NCBI GenBank assembly: GCA_964414695.1
Contig: CAYPXK010000070.1
Location: 1 to 31,833 of the forward strand
Direction: 5' to 3'
Length of the DNA stretch: 31,833 nucleotides
Source of the DNA: an uncultured Thermoproteaceae archaeon
GTDB taxonomy: Archaea; Thermoproteota; Thermoprotei; Thermoproteales; Thermocladiaceae
Below, in pieces: positions 17,192 to 25,703 of the stretch. The notes beneath the pieces were generated by a model. That model made no database searches, was not told the origin of the DNA, and was given only the letters and a program-made list of their open reading frames with translations. A program made the translations under genes and the position numbers. Each line of letters begins with the position of its first letter. Positions within the stretch are counted from its first letter, which is position 1.

Positions 17192-17235
17192 CGCATTGTC
17201 TTACCATGGCTGTGCTATTAAATGTGCTCTACAGA

Positions 17236-17248
17236 AAGGTTTTTATAG
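17236..17248 (+). promoter_or_regulatory. BRE/TATA promoter of the thermosome gene
   Basis: In aaggtttttatag, the TATA core ttttata is centred about 35 nt upstream of the ATG at 17279. Confidence 0.5.
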
Positions 17249-17278
17249 AAGTGGTTTTTACCTACGTACTCGAGAACC

Positions 17279-18919
17279 ATGAGTGAGCAGAGAGCAAGAG
17301 CACCAGTACTAATTCTCAAGGAGGGCACACAGAGAACAACTGGCACAGACGCAAGAAGGAGCAACATAATGGCAGCTAAGGTAATTGCAGAGATACTGCA
17401 GACAAGCCTAGGACCAAGAGGAATGGACAAGCTCCTAATCGACGCATTTGGAGACGTCACAATCACAGGTGACGGTGCAACAATTCTGAAGGAGATGGAG
17501 GTCCAGCACCCAGCAGCTAAGCTACTTGTAGAGGTTGCAAAGGCAATGGATGCAGAGGTTGGTGATGGTACAACAACAGCAGTCGTGCTTGCTGGCAAGT
17601 TGCTCGAGGCAGCTGAGACGCTGCTAGATGAGGGTATTCACCCAACAATCATCATTTCAGGATTCAAGAAGGCTGCAGACTACGCAATGCAGATAGCTGA
17701 TGAGATTGCAAAGCCAATCAACGTCGAGAGCAAGGAGGAGCTCGTTAAGGTAGCAATGAACGCACTCAGCAGCAAGGTAGTTGCAGAAGCAAGAGAGTAC
17801 CTTGCAAGTATCGTTGTTGAGGCATGCCAGAAGGCTGTAGAGATAAGAGACGGCAAGTACTACCTCGACCTAGACTGGATAAAGATAGAGAAGAAGAGAG
17901 GAAAGTCACTATTCGAGACACAGCTCGTTGATGGTATCGTACTTGACAAGGAGGTTGTACACCCAGGCATGCCTAGGAGAGTTGAGAACGCGAAGATCGC
18001 TGTCCTAGACTGTCCACTAGAGATTGAGAAGCCTGAGTGGAGCACAAAGATCACAGTATCATCGCCAGATCAGATCAAGGCATTCCTGGACGAGGAGGCA
18101 AAAATCCTGAAGAGCTACGTTGACAAGCTCAAGGAGCTTGGAGTGAACGTAGTAATCTGCCAGAAGGGTATCGACGAGATTGCGCAGCACTTCCTCGCAA
18201 AGGCTGGCATTCTCGCAGTTAGAAGAGTAAAGAGAAGCGACATTGAGAAGGTTGCAAGAGCAACAGGTGCAAAGATCATCACAAGCCTAAGAGACATCAG
18301 ACCAGAAGACCTAGGCTACGCTAAGCTTGTCGAGGAGAGAAAGGTCGGAGAAGAGAAGATGGTATTCATTGAAGGCTGTCCAAACCCAAGAGCAGTAACA
18401 ATCCTGATCAGAGGTGCAGCAGACAGAATACTAGATGAGGCAGAGAGAAGCATTCAGGACGCACTACACGTAGTACGTGACCTATACAGAGAGCCAAAGG
18501 TTGTTCCAGGAGGCGGAGCATTTGAGATTGAGATTGCCAGAAGACTAAGAGAGTGGGGTCGCAAGCTGTCAGGTAAGGAGCAGCTAGCTGTGCTGAAGTT
18601 CGCTGAGGCACTAGAGGCAATACCAACAATACTGGCAATGACAGCTGGACTAGACCCAGTTGATGCAATTGCAGAGCTAAGAAGAAGACACGAGGCAGGT
18701 GAGGTAGATGCAGGAGTAGACGTGCTAGGATGCAAGATTGACAACATGTACAAGCTCAACGTAGTTGACCCACTGCTAGTGAAGAAGAACGTGATTAAGG
18801 CAGCAACAGAGGCAGCAATAATGATCCTGAGAATCGACGACATCATTGCAGCAGCACCATCAAAGGGTGAAGGAAAGACAAAGAAGACAGGAACAGCAGA
18901 GAGCGAAGAGGAGAAGTAA
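17279..18919 (+). CDS. ths: thermosome subunit (group II chaperonin)
   Basis: Motifs are [33 protein letters not shown] and VPGGGAFE. The protein is 546 aa and the coding strand is strongly purine-rich. Confidence 0.95.
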   Translation: MSEQRARAPVLILKEGTQRTTGTDARRSNIMAAKVIAEILQTSLGPRGMDKLLIDAFGDVTITGDGATILKEMEVQHPAAKLLVEVAKAMDAEVGDGTTTAVVLAGKLLEAAETLLDEGIHPTIIISGFKKAADYAMQIADEIAKPINVESKEELVKVAMNALSSKVVAEAREYLASIVVEACQKAVEIRDGKYYLDLDWIKIEKKRGKSLFETQLVDGIVLDKEVVHPGMPRRVENAKIAVLDCPLEIEKPEWSTKITVSSPDQIKAFLDEEAKILKSYVDKLKELGVNVVICQKGIDEIAQHFLAKAGILAVRRVKRSDIEKVARATGAKIITSLRDIRPEDLGYAKLVEERKVGEEKMVFIEGCPNPRAVTILIRGAADRILDEAERSIQDALHVVRDLYREPKVVPGGGAFEIEIARRLREWGRKLSGKEQLAVLKFAEALEAIPTILAMTAGLDPVDAIAELRRRHEAGEVDAGVDVLGCKIDNMYKLNVVDPLLVKKNVIKAATEAAIMILRIDDIIAAAPSKGEGKTKKTGTAESEEEK

Positions 18920-19018
18920 TAGAGAAAGAGAAGAATAAAACACTCACATAAGTTCGGAAAAACAGGGTCGTTCTCCCCCCTCTCTCCAAACTTTAAAACT
19001 CTTAGCTAGGTTCCAAAA

Positions 19019-19028
19019 GTTTAATAAA
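19019..19028 (+). promoter_or_regulatory. TATA box of rpoK
   Basis: gtttaataaa is centred about 33 nt upstream of the ATG at 19057. A second TATA-like ctttaaaa lies at 18991-18998. Confidence 0.45.
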
Positions 19029-19056
19029 TCCTTCTTTTCTCTTCTCCTGACCTACT

Positions 19057-19425
19057 ATGTCTACTCCTTCTCGACGTTCGAAAGTTCAGGTTTTTAACTT
19101 AGAGAACGTAAAACTTGAGTCTGTACAGGAACTGATCGAGGCTCTTGAGAAAAAACTTCTACCATACCCCCCAAGATTGACAAAGTACGAGATCGCGAGA
19201 ATAGTTGCTGCACGTGCAAAACAGCTCGCGATGGGTGCTAAACCACTAATCGATGTATCTAAACTAAACACACGTGATCCCGTCATAATTGCACTGGAGG
19301 AGCTTAAACAGGGCAAGTTGCCGTTCATAATCGTAAGGACACTGCCAACAGGTAGAAAAATTGAGATTAAGGTTCAAGACCTCCAGAAGCTCGAAAAGGA
19401 CTACGGATTCGGTTTACCTTACTAG
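19057..19425 (+). CDS. rpoK: DNA-directed RNA polymerase subunit K (Rpb6 homologue), with an N-terminal extension
   Basis: RLTKYEIARIVAARAKQLAMGAKPLID and LPFIIVRTLPTGRK match the Rpo6/RpoK core. Confidence 0.85.
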   Translation: MSTPSRRSKVQVFNLENVKLESVQELIEALEKKLLPYPPRLTKYEIARIVAARAKQLAMGAKPLIDVSKLNTRDPVIIALEELKQGKLPFIIVRTLPTGRKIEIKVQDLQKLEKDYGFGLPY

Positions 19426-19432
19426 ACTATTT

Positions 19433-19813
19433 TTAGCTGGCTGGTTCACTTTCTTCAGGTTCAACTTTTCTTATTTCAATCTTTCCTGAACTTATCCTAA
19501 CCTCGACATAGTCTCCTACATCGACTCTTCCAAACATCTCCATCTCTTCCTCTGATAACCATAGTGTGATTCGCGGAATCGGAATCTTGCCTGACGTACT
19601 GCCAAGACCAGGGAATGGTATTGACTTAAGTAGCTGCTGAACAAGTGGCATTACTTCACGTGCAAGACGTGTTATTTCATCAGATCCAGCAATAACGGGA
19701 CCCGGCAGTTCTCTCTCCTCAACAATATCTATCTTAACCATTCTGTTGCCAAGTGCATCAAAAGTCAATGATTTGCTCAGTACATATCCCCTAAATGAAA
19801 GACCCTGAGACAT
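19433..19813 (-). CDS. hypothetical protein (126 aa), no family recognised
   Basis: This is a clean ORF with the TATA-like aaaaattaaag about 35 nt upstream on the minus strand. It has an acidic C-terminal tail. Confidence 0.6.
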   Translation of the reverse strand: MSQGLSFRGYVLSKSLTFDALGNRMVKIDIVEERELPGPVIAGSDEITRLAREVMPLVQQLLKSIPFPGLGSTSGKIPIPRITLWLSEEEMEMFGRVDVGDYVEVRISSGKIEIRKVEPEESEPAS

Positions 19814-20066
19814 GTATCGTTCATCAATCGCAAATCTAGACTTCTTTAATTTTTCAAGTTCTTAGACACAGATTTGGGGAACCTCAGAAAATTTAGAAGT
19901 CAATACTCTAGGAATGTGCAAAAACTTGAGGGGATGTGTAGCGGTATTGTGATAATTGGGTAATTGTTGGCTAAGTGTGAATCTAGTTGGGCTTTATTAA
20001 GAAAATATTTGAAAAAATGTCTTTTGTTTTCTTCGCTGTTTTTGTTTTTATTTAGGCTCTGCTATT

Positions 20067-20351
20067 TTATGACTTCTTCTCTAGTACTATTTCGATTGCT
20101 GCTACGTATCTCTCCTTTCCTCCCTGTGCCTGTATCTTGTCGCTCATTAGCTTTACTTCCTTGATCTCGACTAGTCCTGGCATGAATCTGTCTCTTACCA
20201 TTACTGCTGTTGCTACTGCTCTTGCGATTGCTGATCCTCTTGCCTTTAGGATCACTCTCTTGCTTCCTGCATTGAACTGCATTACTGTTGCGATTACGTA
20301 GTTTGTTGCTGGCTTTCTACCTACTAGTATTACTGCTTCTGGCGCTGCCAT
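20067..20351 (-). CDS. albA: chromatin/RNA-binding protein Alba (Sso10b family)
   Basis: VILVGRKPATNYVIATV, VILKARGSAIARAVATAVMVRDRF and YVAAIEIVLEKK are Alba family hallmarks. Confidence 0.95.
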   Translation of the reverse strand: MAAPEAVILVGRKPATNYVIATVMQFNAGSKRVILKARGSAIARAVATAVMVRDRFMPGLVEIKEVKLMSDKIQAQGGKERYVAAIEIVLEKKS

Positions 20352-20385
20352 GTATATGCACCGAGTCTGACTGCACTTGGTACGA

Positions 20386-20394
20386 CTTTTAAAG
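20386..20394. promoter_or_regulatory. near-palindromic TATA element shared by divergent alba and the arcade cluster
   Basis: CTTTTAAAG is the only AT-rich element in the 66-nt divergent spacer. Its centre is about 28 nt from the ATG at 20418 and about 39 nt from the alba ATG at 20351. Confidence 0.35.
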
Positions 20395-20417
20395 TATTAC
20401 CACTGCTCTCTAGCTAG

Positions 20418-22093
<1,676 letters not shown>

Positions 22094-22153
22094 ACCACAC
22101 CAGGAAAGAGATAGACATAACACACCCCACCTATAGCTACTTCTTGAGTAGAC

Positions 22154-22936
22154 GTGTCATCAATAGTAGTTGAACAGGCAATACCAATACTACGTGCATG
22201 GGCTAAGGAACGTGGAATAGTTATCGAAGAAGTTAGGGACGATACCGTACTGATGAGAGAAGGTGACAATGCAATTCTCGTAAAGCTCGTAGTTTTCGAA
22301 GATTTTCCAGATGTTGATCAACTGAATTCTGCACTCATGGAGTTGGCTAAGGAGAGGAATAATTATAACAAAGTTTACATTGCTGTAAATTCATCTCACG
22401 CACATTTATTAGATGGAAAAACTTTGAAAAAATTAGGAATTGGCGTGTTGGCAATAGACATTGAGAGTGGTAGAGTTGATGAAGTTCTCCCAAGTCCTGC
22501 AATAAAGACTCGTAAAGTTCTTGATTTAGAAAACATTGACAAGCTCAGGAGAATTGTTGAGGAAGTTGTGTCAGAGTACATGTCTAAAATGTCTCAGGAA
22601 CTTAGAATAATCGAGACTAGGGTTGCTGCAGTTGAGAATAAGTTATCACAGCTTGAGTCTAAAATGAAGTCAGCTACGGGGACTGTGCCTGCCGAGCTCA
22701 GGGAGGAGCTTTCAAACATCTGGAATGTTATAGATAGGCTGAAGATAGAGATAGAGCGTCTTAAGAACATATGCTCAACGGTGAGTGAAGCAAAGACTGG
22801 CGAAGGTGCGGTACGTCAGGTTGAGGGTACAAGAATCGAGCAGACGAGCACAGAGTCGGTAAGTGAGGCCGTTCCTGAGTTTCTGCGAGATAATCCTTGG
22901 GTTCAAATACTTGCTAGAAAAGCCACAGGTCAATGA
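22154..22936 (+). CDS. arcade-cluster coiled-coil protein in the arcadin-2 position (260 aa)
   Basis: It has an N-terminal alpha/beta domain and a central heptad-rich segment (ELRIIETRVAAVENKLSQLESKM...IDRLKIEIERLKNI). A low-complexity linker leads to the C-terminal amphipathic peptide VPEFLRDNPWVQILARK. GTG start. Confidence 0.55.
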   Translation: MSSIVVEQAIPILRAWAKERGIVIEEVRDDTVLMREGDNAILVKLVVFEDFPDVDQLNSALMELAKERNNYNKVYIAVNSSHAHLLDGKTLKKLGIGVLAIDIESGRVDEVLPSPAIKTRKVLDLENIDKLRRIVEEVVSEYMSKMSQELRIIETRVAAVENKLSQLESKMKSATGTVPAELREELSNIWNVIDRLKIEIERLKNICSTVSEAKTGEGAVRQVEGTRIEQTSTESVSEAVPEFLRDNPWVQILARKATGQ

Positions 22937-23112
22937 GCACTGAGATAGATAAGACAGTTCTTGAGCTTCTCCGACGTGAAATTCAGGATGAGGAGACCTA
23001 CAAGCTCGCAGAGCAGCTCTACCAGGCCTATAAACAGGGTGGTCAAAAGAAGGTTCGTGAACTAGTGTATGGTTTACTTAAGGAGATAGGTGTAGAGATT
23101 AAAGAAGAATGA
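22933..23112 (+). CDS. 59-codon ORF in the arcadin-3 position (absent from the supplied ORF track because it is under 60 aa)
   Basis: My translation is MSTEIDKTVLELLRREIQDEETYKLAEQLYQAYKQGGQKKVRELVYGLLKEIGVEIKEE. Its ATG overlaps the upstream stop (caATGA, 22933-22936). Its stop overlaps the downstream start (aATGA, 23109-23112). Confidence 0.5.
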   Translation: MSTEIDKTVLELLRREIQDEETYKLAEQLYQAYKQGGQKKVRELVYGLLKEIGVEIKEE

Positions 23113-25610
23113 CGAAGTATAGGCTACAGTCATTAGAAATTGTAAACTTCAGGGGATTTCGAGGAAGAGTCGTAATACCGTTTGAGAAGCCCATAATAGC
23201 AATATATGGACCTGTAGGTGCAGGTAAGTCAAGCATTGTACAAGCCATAGAGTATGCCCTCTATGGAAGACAGCTCGAGGTCAAGGAGAGAATAGCTAAG
23301 CTTGTCGATCTAATAAACGAGGAAGAAAATGAGGCAAAGGTAACTCTAACATTAGTAAGAGAGGACACAGGCGAGATTCTGAAAATATACAGAGCCCTGA
23401 AACGCGTCGGTGATTCTGCACGAGAACATCAGGTTGAGCTAATTGTAGGCGGAAAGAAAGTAGCATCAACAGTTCGCGATGCCACCGAGATAATAACAGA
23501 AATACTTAGACTAGATGAAGAAGACTTCTCAAGATTCATACTAGTAACACACAGAGTCCTAGAAGGTCTAGTATATGGAACTTCGACAAAAAGAAGCTTA
23601 ACAATAGACAAACTTTTTGGAATAGACATACTGGAGAACATATACAAATCAATACCAATAAGAAAAGTTGAAGAAATACTTGAACAAGAGAAAAACAAAC
23701 TATCATCATACAAAGAACTGCCAGAAATAATAGCAAGGTATGGCTCAATTGAGGAGGCTAGAAGAGCATTAGCTAAAATGAAGGAGGAAATTGAGGAATT
23801 AAAAAAGACCGAGGAAGAGCTTCAGAGAAAGTACAGTAAACTTATAGAAGAGAGGAGTAAATTATTAAGTTCTCTAAGAGATCTTGAAAATGTTTATATA
23901 AAGTACCTACAGGTTAGAAGCGAGCGTGAAAAACTTGAGGAGGAGATAAGTGGCAAGGAGAGTGATGTATCTGAGACTTCTATTAAAATAGAACTTGACT
24001 TAATTAGAAGTTTTCTAGTTTCTAAGCTTGAGGAACTTCTATTTTCTAAGGAGGCCGAGGAGTTGAGTAGTCTGAACATAACGTCTCATAATATTGATGA
24101 GGTAGCTGTAAAAATTTACGATATTGTAAGAAGGTTAGAAGATTCTTTATCAAGGTTTGATGAAGAGAAGGAGAATTTATCTAAAGCCCATGAGGAACTT
24201 AAAATTGAGGCTGAGAGACTTAGTAATGAAATCAGGAGCATAGAACGCAGATTACGTGAGCTTGAGGCACAATTTCGCGAATATCAGGAACTTGAGAGTA
24301 AGTACGGTCAACCTGAGGCCATTAGAAAAGAAATTGAACGTCTTAGAGAGAGTCTCGAGAAGACTGGAACTGACGTAACAATAGCATCTTCTCTAATAAC
24401 AATCCTGCAAGCTGTTGTCGATGGAAAACTAACAACATGCCCAATCTGTGGTCATGAGCTCAGTGAACATGAGAGACAGGAGGCAAAGAGGAGACTAGAG
24501 GAACTTAAGGAACGTTATAAGAAATATCTTGATAATATTGATGAAATTAAGAGGAAACTCTCCGAGCTTGAACATGTTTTAGCTAAGATGGAATCATTGA
24601 AACCTATCGTATCTGAGTATGAGGAACTCTACACTAGGTTAAAGATGCTTAGAGAGAATTACAGTAAGGTTCTTGCAAAGTTAGAAAACATTGATAAGAC
24701 AAGAAGATTAATAGAGAAGAGAGCCCAGACTTTAAGATTTATAATAGATGAGGTTAGGTCAAGACTAGACAAGGTTGATGTTGCATTAACGTTGCTTAAG
24801 AAGATCAAACGTTATAGAGAGCTCATACGTGAAGAGCGCGAACTTGAGAAAAAGTTAAAAGAAAGTGGGTTTGACCTTTCAAGAGCCTCTAAAATTGAGG
24901 AAGAGATCTCTGAAGTTTCTAGAAAATTAGAACAGGTTAGGGAGAGACTTAATGTTCTGTCTGTTGAAGTCTCTAGGCTTGAACAGGTTCTAAGTTCGAT
25001 ACCTGTGGAGACTGTTGAAGAGCTTAGAAATAGAGTTTATAGACTTGAGATTATTTATAGGAGACTTAATGATATTAGGAATGTATTGAAAAAGATTCAG
25101 AAAGACTTAAGAGAGAGAATGATTGAGCGCACTCGCTCGCTTGTTGATCAGTATTTCAGGATGATATATCCGCATCCTGACCTGACTGGTGCAAGCATAG
25201 AGATCAGTACACGTGAGAGACTTGGCGTTGTTGTAAGTGAGTACGTCCTGTACGGTGTCAGGAGGACAGGAAGGAAGGTTCCCATATCCAGGATGAGTGA
25301 TGGCCAGAGACTCACTCTTGCGCTTGCCTTCATGTTGTCTGTGTACACTGTTGCAAGTCACAATGTCAGTTTCTTGATAATGGATGAGCCTATACCCTAT
25401 GTCGATGTTGAGGTCAGGAGAGCGTTTGCTGAGCTCATCACGAGGCTGATAACGGAGAGGCTTGTGAGTCAGCTAGTTGTGACTTCTCAGAGTCGTGAGT
25501 TCATTGAGCAGATTGTTGAGGAGGCTCGTCGTCAGAAAGTTCCTGTTGAGCTTATTGAGATAGAGCGCATCGATGGTGATAGGAGAATTAAGGTGAGCTA
25601 TATTGAGTAG
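23109..25610 (+). CDS. SMC/Rad50-like coiled-coil ATPase with a central CxxC zinc hook (arcadin-4 position)
   Basis: Walker A is YGPVGAGKSS. The coiled coil of about 600 aa is interrupted at its midpoint by TTCPICGHEL. The signature motif is MSDGQRLTLALAF and Walker B is FLIMDEP. Confidence 0.75.
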   Translation: MTKYRLQSLEIVNFRGFRGRVVIPFEKPIIAIYGPVGAGKSSIVQAIEYALYGRQLEVKERIAKLVDLINEEENEAKVTLTLVREDTGEILKIYRALKRVGDSAREHQVELIVGGKKVASTVRDATEIITEILRLDEEDFSRFILVTHRVLEGLVYGTSTKRSLTIDKLFGIDILENIYKSIPIRKVEEILEQEKNKLSSYKELPEIIARYGSIEEARRALAKMKEEIEELKKTEEELQRKYSKLIEERSKLLSSLRDLENVYIKYLQVRSEREKLEEEISGKESDVSETSIKIELDLIRSFLVSKLEELLFSKEAEELSSLNITSHNIDEVAVKIYDIVRRLEDSLSRFDEEKENLSKAHEELKIEAERLSNEIRSIERRLRELEAQFREYQELESKYGQPEAIRKEIERLRESLEKTGTDVTIASSLITILQAVVDGKLTTCPICGHELSEHERQEAKRRLEELKERYKKYLDNIDEIKRKLSELEHVLAKMESLKPIVSEYEELYTRLKMLRENYSKVLAKLENIDKTRRLIEKRAQTLRFIIDEVRSRLDKVDVALTLLKKIKRYRELIREERELEKKLKESGFDLSRASKIEEEISEVSRKLEQVRERLNVLSVEVSRLEQVLSSIPVETVEELRNRVYRLEIIYRRLNDIRNVLKKIQKDLRERMIERTRSLVDQYFRMIYPHPDLTGASIEISTRERLGVVVSEYVLYGVRRTGRKVPISRMSDGQRLTLALAFMLSVYTVASHNVSFLIMDEPIPYVDVEVRRAFAELITRLITERLVSQLVVTSQSREFIEQIVEEARRQKVPVELIEIERIDGDRRIKVSYIE

Positions 25611-25703
25611 TTGTGTACATTATTTACAAATCTGTAAGTTTGTTGATCGAAGATGTACAATAGTGAACGTAATACCCATATACCACTGCTCTGAGTTGGC
25701 GTT

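Noticed and set aside
17218-18846. Several minus-strand ORFs (17218..17598, 17860..18054, 18115..18297, 18408..18668, 18454..18846) inside the thermosome gene
   Set aside because: All are antisense shadows of a strongly purine-biased, unmistakable chaperonin CDS. Their products are Ser/Thr/Leu-rich with no motifs.
19964-20164. 66-aa plus-strand ORF spanning the alba 3' region
   Set aside because: It is Leu/Phe/Ser-rich and overlaps alba antisense. It arises from the T-rich spacer, so it is most likely non-coding.
22154-22500. N-terminal domain of the 260-aa arcade protein as a PD-(D/E)xK nuclease
   Set aside because: The alternating alpha/beta pattern is suggestive, but I cannot find a convincing D...(D/E)xK triad. 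ILVKL has no acidic residue at the required position.
23109-25610. Interpreting the 833-aa hook-containing ATPase as the DNA-repair Rad50 of an Mre11-Rad50 operon
   Set aside because: No mre11, herA or nurA gene is adjacent. Instead the gene is translationally coupled (ATGA overlap) to the crenactin cluster, which fits the arcadin-4 position.
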